Origin: Candidatus Undinarchaeota archaeon
GTDB lineage: Archaea > SpSt-1190
DNA length: 15,485 nucleotides
Assembly: GCA_964549355.1 (NCBI GenBank)
Contig: CAZJUS010000020.1
Location: 1 to 15,485 of the forward strand
Reading direction: 5' to 3'
Shown here: piece after piece, positions 8,207 through 15,415 of the stretch
Position numbering within the stretch: the stretch's first letter is position 1
Layout: the number at the start of each line of letters is the position of its first letter
The notes under the pieces: model-generated
The model's input: only the letters and a program-made list of their open reading frames with translations
Databases searched by the model: none
What the model was told of the DNA's origin: nothing
Program-made: the position numbers and the translations under genes

Positions 8207-8221
8207 GAAACCCTTTTTAAT
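8207..8221 (+). promoter_or_regulatory. BRE/TATA promoter for the second CAU tRNA
   Basis: GAAACCC-TTTTTAAT; a similar GAAACC-TTTAAG lies at 14001-14012. Confidence 0.55.
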
Positions 8222-8259
8222 TGTGGAAGCCGTGGATTCTTGGCGAGGCAACCTCCATA

Positions 8260-8333
8260 GGCAGGGTAGCTCAGCTGGTTAGAGCGCCAGACTCATAATC
8301 TGGAGGTCGCGGGTTCGAATCCCGCCCTCGCCA
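8260..8333 (+). tRNA. tRNA with CAU anticodon, probably elongator tRNA-Met (Ile2 not excluded); acceptor stem has an A4-C69 mismatch
   Basis: D-arm GCTC/GAGC, anticodon arm CCAGA-CTCATAA-TCTGG (CAT 8294-8296), T-arm GCGGG-TTCGAAT-CCCGC, 3' strand CCTCGCC-A. Confidence 0.9.
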
Positions 8334-8503
8334 GACTTTCACTTTCACGAAGTTTGACCACGGTGGCTGTTCCTCACTTGCCCCTCACTTGCAGCTCGGG
8401 ATGTGCCACGTTCGGAACAGCCGGACCAGAAATATGTTCAGCCTGCCGAAGGCAGGCTACATGGTCGAACTTTGTCAAGTTCGTTCGAATCCCGCCCTCG
8501 CCA
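8313..8503 (+). mobile_element. Putative miniature non-autonomous element: 149-bp non-coding cassette (8334-8482) flanked by 21-bp tRNA 3'-end direct repeats (8313-8333, 8483-8503)
   Basis: Exact GTTCGAATCCCGCCCTCGCCA duplication; inverted copies of a shared hairpin module at both ends; mobility is inferred. Confidence 0.6.
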
Positions 8504-8542
8504 TGTAAATATTTTTAGAACTGCCGGCGGGGCTGTTTTTGT

Positions 8543-9265
8543 TTAACCTGATCCTTTGATTTTGAGATATTCATCAACCCCACGCTTGGCGCCTTCAAGT
8601 ATGTAGACGAAACCCTGTCCGCCGGCATCAACCACGCCTGCCTGCTCAAGGCAGGGGAGCAGCAGGGGAGTTTTTTTGAGAGTTTCTTTTCCGGCATCAA
8701 TCAAATATCCCAGATATCCTGAGAATTTATTCAGGTCTTCTGAAACGCCACCCGTAAATTGTTTTTCCTCCAAAGTTCCATAGTCTGTAGCAGCTTTTGC
8801 CACACCCCTCATAACTGTGAGGATGGTGCCCTCCCGAGGTGCTTGAACTGCTTCATATGCTTTTTCTGTACCTCGTTCTATGCATTCGGCAAGTAGCCGG
8901 TAATCTGGGATGTCTTTGATCTTCTTGGCTGTTTCACAGAAACCCGCAAAAAACTGAGAGAGTATCGTGCCTGAGTTGCCCGTCGCACCCATAAAACTGC
9001 CGCGTCGCAATTTATCTATGAAATTATGCATATCGGTTTCGGCGTCAACCTCCTTGTAAACTTCTTCGACAGTCCGATACATATTGGCGCCTGTGTCTCC
9101 GTCTGCAATAGGAAAAACATTAATGGCATTCAAGTGGTTTTTGTATTTCTTCAGCTGAAAAAAAACTCCTTGAAGAATCATGTAAGGCAGGCTCCCTTGT
9201 TCAATCGGTGAATCTTTTGGCTCCTGATAAATTTCAGTGGCGGGCATTCTAGTTCGACTGGTCAT
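8543..9265 (-). CDS. Stand-alone DAK2-domain protein of the FakA/YloV (fatty acid kinase ATP-binding subunit) type, about 240 aa
   Basis: LNAINVFPIADGDTGANM, GATGNSGTILSQFF, PREGTILTV, TP.LLP.LEQAGVVDAGGQG; ATG 9265 about 29 nt below a TATATA box. Confidence 0.85.
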   Translation of the reverse strand: MTSRTRMPATEIYQEPKDSPIEQGSLPYMILQGVFFQLKKYKNHLNAINVFPIADGDTGANMYRTVEEVYKEVDAETDMHNFIDKLRRGSFMGATGNSGTILSQFFAGFCETAKKIKDIPDYRLLAECIERGTEKAYEAVQAPREGTILTVMRGVAKAATDYGTLEEKQFTGGVSEDLNKFSGYLGYLIDAGKETLKKTPLLLPCLEQAGVVDAGGQGFVYILEGAKRGVDEYLKIKGSG

Positions 9266-9338
9266 GTAAAAAAATCCCATAACTAACATATATACCCGTG
9301 CCGTTGAAATCGACGCAGGTCTATGAAAATATAGTTGA

Positions 9339-10130
9339 ATGTCGAAGAGAATTGATAAAAAGCCGCCGGACTGGCGTTGTATGGGATGTTGGTATCTGGC
9401 GCACTCATTCGATGAAAGAGCCTGGGTGGATGACGAATTGGTGCCTGAACTGAAGAAACGGGGCGTTGAAATACTCAACCCGTTCAAAAACCGGGTTTGG
9501 CTGGAGGAGCTGAAGTATATAGACAGGGGCGACCCAAGGTATGCCCAGATAATCCAAAGCATCCCAAAAGAGACTCCCGGCAAAATTGTGCAAAGGGACC
9601 TGGACAACATCAAAAAATGCGACGGCCTCATAGTCTATGTAAAAAATATTAGATTCGGGGCGGCCATGGAAACCTTCTACAATTCATTCGTCCTTGGGAG
9701 GGGCAGGAGCAGAACCCTCGTCGTCCTGCATGAGGAAATAGACAGCGGGGAAAAAGAGACTTTTGAAATATTTGGGAGAGTCATCGAAACCTACGGCGAC
9801 GGACCTGAAGATGAGGCGCAAAAAATTTCTGAGGCCCTCGCAGAGCCCGGTGCTGAATATCGGGATGCGACTCTGCCTGAAGCTTTCGAAAAAATAAAAG
9901 AATACGACGGGCTTGCAGTCGAGCTTGACGGGCCGAATGCAGAAAAGGCCATGAAGATATTCTACAATTCAAGCTACCTCGGACGGGGCAGGGAGAAGAC
10001 CATCATATATCTGAAAGGCGACGGCAGAAAATTCAAAGAGCATCCCTGGCTGAAGTATCTGGGGACTGTCGTGGCAACCGAAAAAGACCTGGAGGATGCA
10101 ACCCGCAAACTTAATATCCTACGGGAGTAA
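9339..10130 (+). CDS. Nucleoside 2-deoxyribosyltransferase-like protein with an internal duplication
   Basis: WYLAHSF, ILNPF, IVQRDLDNIKKCDGLIV, GAAME follow the NDT/RCL fold pattern; second copy IKEYDGLAV...KAMKIFYNS..LGRGR. Confidence 0.6.
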   Translation: MSKRIDKKPPDWRCMGCWYLAHSFDERAWVDDELVPELKKRGVEILNPFKNRVWLEELKYIDRGDPRYAQIIQSIPKETPGKIVQRDLDNIKKCDGLIVYVKNIRFGAAMETFYNSFVLGRGRSRTLVVLHEEIDSGEKETFEIFGRVIETYGDGPEDEAQKISEALAEPGAEYRDATLPEAFEKIKEYDGLAVELDGPNAEKAMKIFYNSSYLGRGREKTIIYLKGDGRKFKEHPWLKYLGTVVATEKDLEDATRKLNILRE

Positions 10131-10137
10131 CCCTTGT

Positions 10138-11508
10138 GTGGACGGCAATATCGCAACCCTGCTCTTCAGTTTCGCGTATGTTATCCTCTCGCTCGTAGTC
10201 TGGAAATTCCTTGAGAAAGTCTGCGACAAATACACCGCCCGGAAAATACTGCACATGCTGGTGGGGAATGCGGTCCTGATTCCGGTGGTCCTGCAGGCAG
10301 ACCTGTGGGCTGCCGTCCTTCCCTCCATCACCTTCATTGTTGTAACAGGGGAGATGGTGAAGCGGCAGGTTTTTGAGAGGGGCTATAATGATGCGGGCTT
10401 GGTGCTGTATCCCTTTTCAATTCTGTTGCTGACTTTGATGACATACACAACCGGCAACACCAACTACATGGTGATTCCTACACTCATCCTTGCATACGGC
10501 GATGCAGTGGCCTCATTGGTCGGCAGAAACATCTTCGGGAAGCTCCGCAAGAGTCTGGAGGGGAGCGCCGCCATGTTCGCGACATCATTCACAATCACAT
10601 ATGTGATTTCAGTCCTCATCAACGGCGTCAGCGCTTCACTTTTCTGGACATTCATCCTTGCTGCAGTCGCAACATGGGCTGAAAGGATGCGGGACGACAA
10701 TCTGACTGTCCCCCTCTTCACTGCCATGATTATACTGCTGATGAACGCCACTCCTGCCGGCATCGCGATGGGCCTGGGGGCGAGCCTCATCCTCAGTTCG
10801 TTTGCCTTCTACCTGAGAGCCCTTGACCTGCACGGCCTGATCGCGGGGGTGGTGACCGGCACCGCCCTGTTTGCCGTCTCGCCCGCCTTCTTTGCAGTAA
10901 CCGTCACCTTCTTCTTCTCGTCAGCTGTCGCATCGCTCTTCCGCAAAAAGCAGAAAGCGGTGCTGAAAGACTTCCAGAAAACGGGGAAGAGGAATGCGAC
11001 CCAGGTGCTGGCCAACGGCTTCCCTGCCGTCTTTGGAGCGGCCATGCATTCTGCAGGGATAAATGCGGTCCCCTTCGTTATCGCTGCCGTGGCGGCTGCG
11101 ACTGCGGATACATGGGCGACTGAAATCGGGGTGCTGAGCAGATACCGTCCAAGGCTGATAACCAATCTGGCAAGGCATGTGAAGAGGGGCAGGAGCGGGG
11201 GGGTCACTGCCCTGGGCCTGCTCGCGAGTGCAGTCGGGGGCTTCACCATCTTCCTTGCAGCCTGGCCCTTCTACGGACTGGCGGCATTCTCCCCCGCATT
11301 GATTGGCGCAGTGGTCGGCTCCCTGCTTGACTCCTTCTTCGGCGCAACGGTCCAGGCCCTCTACAAGTGCAGGATCTGCCATAAGCTCACAGAAAAGAAG
11401 AAGCACTGCAAAGTGCACAGCACCCTGGTGCAGGGCCAGTTCTGGTTCGACAACAACATAGTCAACCTCACATCCATCATGATTGCTGCAACCCTGGTGA
11501 TGCTCTGA
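10138..11508 (+). CDS. Fusion of CTP-dependent phytol/dolichol kinase domain and DUF92 (TMEM19/COG1836) domain
   Basis: N-half RKILHM, LAYGDAVASLVG, KSLEGS, DDNLTVP; C-half RNATQVLANG, AATADTWATEIG, SGGVTALG, DSFFGATVQ, DNNIVN; likely GTG start at 10138. Confidence 0.88.
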   Translation: MDGNIATLLFSFAYVILSLVVWKFLEKVCDKYTARKILHMLVGNAVLIPVVLQADLWAAVLPSITFIVVTGEMVKRQVFERGYNDAGLVLYPFSILLLTLMTYTTGNTNYMVIPTLILAYGDAVASLVGRNIFGKLRKSLEGSAAMFATSFTITYVISVLINGVSASLFWTFILAAVATWAERMRDDNLTVPLFTAMIILLMNATPAGIAMGLGASLILSSFAFYLRALDLHGLIAGVVTGTALFAVSPAFFAVTVTFFFSSAVASLFRKKQKAVLKDFQKTGKRNATQVLANGFPAVFGAAMHSAGINAVPFVIAAVAAATADTWATEIGVLSRYRPRLITNLARHVKRGRSGGVTALGLLASAVGGFTIFLAAWPFYGLAAFSPALIGAVVGSLLDSFFGATVQALYKCRICHKLTEKKKHCKVHSTLVQGQFWFDNNIVNLTSIMIAATLVML

Positions 11509-11531
11509 AACCGGAAAAATCAGCAAAGCCG

Positions 11532-11786
11532 ATGGCCAAAAGAAGGGCCCGCAGGATGCTGGAGGCTGCACTGAAAGAAAAGGACCCTGAGAGGGCCAAA
11601 AGGTATTTTAAGCTCGCGAAGCGCATCGGCATGCGGAACAAGGTCCGGCTGGGCAAGGAGAAACAGCTCTTCTGCAGATTCTGCGGGGCCCCGCCCTCCA
11701 GCCTGCAAATCAGACTGAAGCAGGGGGATAGAGTCATCATCTGCAAAAAATGCGGAAGGAGCTGGAAAATCCCTTTTAAACCTTGA
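11532..11786 (+). CDS. rnp4: Ribonuclease P protein component 4 (Rpp21/Rpr2)
   Basis: AKRYFKLAKRIGMRNKVRL, zinc ribbon FCRFC...ICKKCG; conserved position upstream of S19e. Confidence 0.88.
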   Translation: MAKRRARRMLEAALKEKDPERAKRYFKLAKRIGMRNKVRLGKEKQLFCRFCGAPPSSLQIRLKQGDRVIICKKCGRSWKIPFKP

Positions 11787-11810
11787 TAAGCCGGGGCGCG
11801 GGTGGAAGGA

Positions 11811-11819
11811 TTTATAAAA
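11811..11819 (+). promoter_or_regulatory. TATA box upstream of rps19e
   Basis: TTTATAAAA preceded by purine-rich GGAAGGA, 29 nt before ATG 11840. Confidence 0.55.
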
Positions 11820-11839
11820 GGAGTAAATTGTGCATGACT

Positions 11840-12316
11840 ATGATTACTGTAGCTCAGGTCCCTGCAGATATCCTCATCGGCTTGGTGGCAGAAGACCTGA
11901 AAACAAAATTTCCAATGCCGGAGTGGGCCCGCTTCGTCAAGACCGGCCCGAGCAGGGAAAGGCCCCCCATACAAAAAGACTGGTGGTGGATCCGCTCCGC
12001 CTCAATCCTGAGGCGCGTCTGCCTGGACGGCCCGGTCGGCTCCAACAGGCTCCGGACATACTACGGCGGGCGCAAGGACCGCGGGGTCAAGAGCGAGAAG
12101 ACCTACAAGGCCGGCGGAAAAATAATAAGGACCATACTCCGGCAGCTGGAAAAGCAGAAACTCATCAGGTCCACGCCCAAGGGTAAAGTAATAACCCCTG
12201 AGGGCCAAAGCTATATGGACCGCTTTGCAAAAAAAGCAGGCGGGGCGGGTGCAGGAAAAAAAGGTGAAGCCCATGGCGCAACTCCCAAACCAAAATCAAA
12301 ACCTGCAGCCAAATGA
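11840..12316 (+). CDS. rps19e: 30S ribosomal protein S19e (start 11834 or 11840)
   Basis: PEWARFVKTG..RERPP.Q.DWWWIRSASILR, GPVG..RLRTYYGG, GKIIRTILRQLE, TPEGQSYMD. Confidence 0.96.
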   Translation: MITVAQVPADILIGLVAEDLKTKFPMPEWARFVKTGPSRERPPIQKDWWWIRSASILRRVCLDGPVGSNRLRTYYGGRKDRGVKSEKTYKAGGKIIRTILRQLEKQKLIRSTPKGKVITPEGQSYMDRFAKKAGGAGAGKKGEAHGATPKPKSKPAAK

Positions 12317-12575
12317 CGAGCAGCTCCGCAGGAGCAGGATACAGGCAGAACAAAAGCAGGAGATGCTCAAGAAGCTCATACTCAGACAGGGCATGACCCC
12401 AGAAGCCCGTGAGAGGCTTGGAAGGGTGCGGACAGCCAACCCGGACCTGGCTGCACAGGCGGAGATGGTCTGCATCCAAATAATCCAGCAGGGAAAAGGG
12501 GTCGACGACAAGACCCTGAAAGTAATACTGGAGCGTCTGAGCCCCAAAAGGGAAATGAGGATCACCAGGAGATGA
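12273..12575 (+). CDS. PDCD5/TFAR19-like DNA-binding protein
   Basis: [28 protein letters not shown]...ITRR; GGTGA SD at 12263-12267; conserved synteny. Confidence 0.9.
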   Translation: MAQLPNQNQNLQPNDEQLRRSRIQAEQKQEMLKKLILRQGMTPEARERLGRVRTANPDLAAQAEMVCIQIIQQGKGVDDKTLKVILERLSPKREMRITRR

Positions 12576-12579
12576 ACAA

Positions 12580-12735
12580 ATGGCGACAGTCAAACCAACA
12601 GGCAAAAAACTCAGGCTCATAAAGAGGGGGAAGCAGAACAGGCCTGTCCCTCTCTGGGCGGTAGCCAAGACCAACCGAAAGGTCCGCTACAACAAGTCCA
12701 GGTTCCACTGGAGGAGGAGCAAGCTCAAAGTTTGA
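12580..12735 (+). CDS. rpl39e: 50S ribosomal protein L39e (51 aa)
   Basis: Hand translation [51 protein letters not shown]; absent from ORF track. Confidence 0.95.
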   Translation: MATVKPTGKKLRLIKRGKQNRPVPLWAVAKTNRKVRYNKSRFHWRRSKLKV

Positions 12736-12757
12736 CTGCCCCGCAGGATGTGATGAC

Positions 12758-13357
12758 ATGATTGAAAGAAAAATTACCGTTCCGTTGAAAAAAGCCAGGA
12801 GGGGGTCGAAGCGCAGGTACGCCCCCAAGGCAGTGGATTACCTCAAAAAATTTATTGCAAGGCACCTGAAGGTCGAAGAAGTTGTGGTCGGGAGCGGACT
12901 CAACGAATTCATCTGGAAAAGAGGCATCACCAATCCCCCCCGCAAAGTCGAGGTGAAGGCTGCAAAAAAAACCAAAAGCGACAAGACCGCCTTTGTCGAG
13001 CTCGCCTCCATCAGCGGGGAAGCTATGGAAAGGTTCGTCCACAGAGGGGAGCCGGAAAAGCAAAAGGAAGATGCCAAGAAAACAGAGCCGAAACCTAAAA
13101 AGCAGAAAGCGAAGCTGAAGAAAACGAAGGAAAAGCCGAAAGCGAAAAAGAAAGCTGTGGCCAAATCCAAAAAGGCGGTGGCCAAGCCCAAGAAGGCAAC
13201 AGCCAAACCCAAGAAGACAGCAACTAAATCCAAGAAGACAGCAACCAAACCCAAGAAAGTAGTGGCCAAACCCAAAAAGACCACAGCCAAAGCTAAAACC
13301 AAGAAAGATGCCAAGACTAAAAAATCCGCAGCCAAGGCCAAAAAACGCAAAGCATGA
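12758..13357 (+). CDS. rpl31e: 50S ribosomal protein L31e with long Lys/Ala-rich repetitive C-terminal tail
   Basis: ERKITVPL, RYAPKAV..LKKFIARH, LNEFIWKRGI.NPPRKVEV; synteny. Confidence 0.93.
   Translation: MIERKITVPLKKARRGSKRRYAPKAVDYLKKFIARHLKVEEVVVGSGLNEFIWKRGITNPPRKVEVKAAKKTKSDKTAFVELASISGEAMERFVHRGEPEKQKEDAKKTEPKPKKQKAKLKKTKEKPKAKKKAVAKSKKAVAKPKKATAKPKKTATKSKKTATKPKKVVAKPKKTTAKAKTKKDAKTKKSAAKAKKRKA
13148..13294 (+). repeat. Seven degenerate 21-bp (7-aa) tandem repeats KKxxAK(P/S) in the rpl31e tail
   Basis: KKAVAKS KKAVAKP KKATAKP KKTATKS KKTATKP KKVVAKP KKTTAKA. Confidence 0.85.
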
Positions 13358-13366
13358 GTTGTTGGA

Positions 13367-13996
13367 ATGATTAATTACCTCAGCGCTTATGGTTCGGGGC
13401 TTATAGGTTTGTTTCTGCTGAAAGCGGGCAACCGCATCTACCACCACAAGCCTTTCCGGAAGGACAAAGAGCTGAAGCTGGTTTGTGAATCGACAGGGTT
13501 TGAGAAAATCCCCGTCAAATCTACTTCATCTTTGGTCGGCTTGTTCCATGCAGGGAATTCACACGGCATAGTCCAGGCTGTCGACCCGGAATGTGAATGG
13601 GCAGACTATGTTGAGACCAGATTCACCTGCCTGGGGAATTTAATCCTGTGCAACGACAAAGGTGCATTGATTGCCCCGGTGCTCAAGGACAAAAAAAGTG
13701 AATTGGAAAAAATACTGGGCGTGCCGTGCACGGCAGGGACAATCGCAGGGCTCCAGACTGTCGGGACTCTGGGTCTGGCCAACAGCCATGGGGTGGCCGT
13801 CCATCCCAAAGCGACTGAAAAGGAAATGGACCTGCTCAAGACTGCCCTCAAAGTCGAAAAGGCGGGCCACGCCACCGTCTCCAAATCCGGCTTTGTGGGT
13901 GCATTCGCCCTTGCAGGCGACAACTCCCTGATTCTGTGCCCCCAGACCATGGCCCCCGAGATGGCGGTAGTCATGGAAATCCTCGGCGTTGAGTAG
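13367..13996 (+). CDS. eif6: Translation initiation factor 6 (aIF6), divergent
   Basis: LVGLFHAGNSHG, LGNLILCNDKGALI, GTIAG...VG, ANSHGVAVHP; follows rpl31e. Confidence 0.9.
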   Translation: MINYLSAYGSGLIGLFLLKAGNRIYHHKPFRKDKELKLVCESTGFEKIPVKSTSSLVGLFHAGNSHGIVQAVDPECEWADYVETRFTCLGNLILCNDKGALIAPVLKDKKSELEKILGVPCTAGTIAGLQTVGTLGLANSHGVAVHPKATEKEMDLLKTALKVEKAGHATVSKSGFVGAFALAGDNSLILCPQTMAPEMAVVMEILGVE

Positions 13997-14014
13997 CTGG
14001 GAAACCTTTAAGTA

Positions 14015-15277
14015 ATGGAGTTTGGTTCTATGTTTGTGGATCCCCTGTTTTCAATGGCAATTTTCAGCCTCCTGGTGCTGCTGGGCTTCCTGGCCACCGT
14101 CATATTCGAAAAGACGCGGATTTCAGATGCCCTGATTCTCATCCTGATTGGCATCCTTGCCAAGCATATGGGCTGGCTTGAAGGCGAAAGCCTGCTGCCC
14201 ATAGCGGGGCTGATGGCCAGCGTTGCCCTGGCAATTATCCTCTTTGAAGCGGGCCTGAATCTTGACACCAAAAATCTTATGCAGAATCTCGGCAAGGCGC
14301 TGAGCCTCGGGACCACATCGTATTTTCTGACCAGCGCCATGGTCACACTGTCGGCGATATTCATTATGCACTGGAATCCGCTGAATGCTCTGCTCCTCGG
14401 TTTTCTGTCAGGCGGGACTTCGGCCGCCATCATCATCCCCATGGTCAGCGTGCTCAAGCTGAATGACGAAGAGACTACCATAGTCCAGATGGAGACCACA
14501 CTCACCAACATATTCACGACTGTCTTCCCGCTGATGATAGTGAAGCTCATGGTGGAAAGCATGGTGAATCCGAGCAAAGCCATGACTGTTCTTATCTCAT
14601 CTTTTTCCACGGGTATTGTAATGGGGGTGCTCATCGGCTTCATCTGGCTGAAGATTCTGCGCCTGATCCGCAAGAGGCCCATGTCATACATGCTCACGCT
14701 GGCCATGCTCTTCATCATGTATGCATTCACCGAATTCTCAGGAGGCAACGGCGCTCTGGCCAGCTTGATGTTCGGCATAGTGCTGGGCAACAACAAGGCC
14801 ATCACACAGGTCATGAACCTGCCTTCAGTCTCGACTGCCCGCTATGCCCGCCTCCACAATGAGATTTCATTTTTGGTGCGGACTTATTTCTTCCTTTATC
14901 TCGGACTCATCCTGGTCTTCCCCAACCAGCTTATGTATTGGGTTATTGCAGGCCTGGTCGGCATCCTTTCTTTTGCCGGCAGAGGCATCACCATCCAGGT
15001 TTACCGGATGTCGAACAAATATATGCCCCTTATCAACAAAGGTCTAAGCACCGCAGTTGTTGCAGTGCTCCTGATGGAATACGGCATACCTCTGGCCTAT
15101 GAAACCTTCACCATAGTCTGCATGACCATCCTCTGGACCAACATCCTGGCAGTCCCCCTCCTCTGGCTTTTTGGGAAGAAAAAAACCAAAAGGGAAAATG
15201 GAAATGGGCAAAGGCAAACCCCTGCAGAAAATGGAGGAAACAAAGGGGCGGTCCAAGGAACGGCCGGCAGGGGTTGA
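14015..15277 (+). CDS. Cation:proton antiporter (CPA1/NhaP-like); true start may be 14030 or 14036
   Basis: About 12 TM; IILFEAGL.LD, GGTSAAIIIP, ETTLTN, GGNGALA...FGIVLGN, EISFLVRTYFF. Confidence 0.9.
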   Translation: MEFGSMFVDPLFSMAIFSLLVLLGFLATVIFEKTRISDALILILIGILAKHMGWLEGESLLPIAGLMASVALAIILFEAGLNLDTKNLMQNLGKALSLGTTSYFLTSAMVTLSAIFIMHWNPLNALLLGFLSGGTSAAIIIPMVSVLKLNDEETTIVQMETTLTNIFTTVFPLMIVKLMVESMVNPSKAMTVLISSFSTGIVMGVLIGFIWLKILRLIRKRPMSYMLTLAMLFIMYAFTEFSGGNGALASLMFGIVLGNNKAITQVMNLPSVSTARYARLHNEISFLVRTYFFLYLGLILVFPNQLMYWVIAGLVGILSFAGRGITIQVYRMSNKYMPLINKGLSTAVVAVLLMEYGIPLAYETFTIVCMTILWTNILAVPLLWLFGKKKTKRENGNGQRQTPAENGGNKGAVQGTAGRG

Positions 15278-15308
15278 GTTTTTTTTGGAAAAAGCGCAAT
15301 CAAAATGC

Positions 15309-15316
15309 TTTAAAAA
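15309..15316 (+). promoter_or_regulatory. TATA box for tRNA-Gln
   Basis: TTTAAAAA 32 nt upstream of tRNA nt 1. Confidence 0.55.
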
Positions 15317-15340
15317 CTGAAAAGGTGCTGATAACTTGCA

Positions 15341-15415
15341 AGCCCCGTGGTGTAGTCTGGTCAAGCATACCAGGCTCTGGACCTGGTGACTCCGGTTCGA
15401 ATCCGGGCGGGGCTA
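15341..15415 (+). tRNA. tRNA-Gln(CUG)
   Basis: Acceptor AGCCCCG/CGGGGCT (A1-U72, archaeal Gln type), anticodon arm CCAGG-CTCTGGA-CCTGG (CTG 15377-15379), T-loop TTCGAAT. Confidence 0.95.

Noticed and set aside
9266..9631. N-terminal extension of the 362-aa DAK2 ORF
   Set aside because: It is antisense to the NDT-like gene; DAK2 similarity and a TATA box support a start near 9265
12725..13447. Long antisense ORFs (240 and 170 aa) with hydrophobic repeats
   Set aside because: Mirror images of the Lys-rich rpl31e repeats
11532..13996. Ribosomal cluster lacking yhbY and downstream rpl18a/pfdA as a novelty
   Set aside because: The cluster is well known and variably broken across archaea
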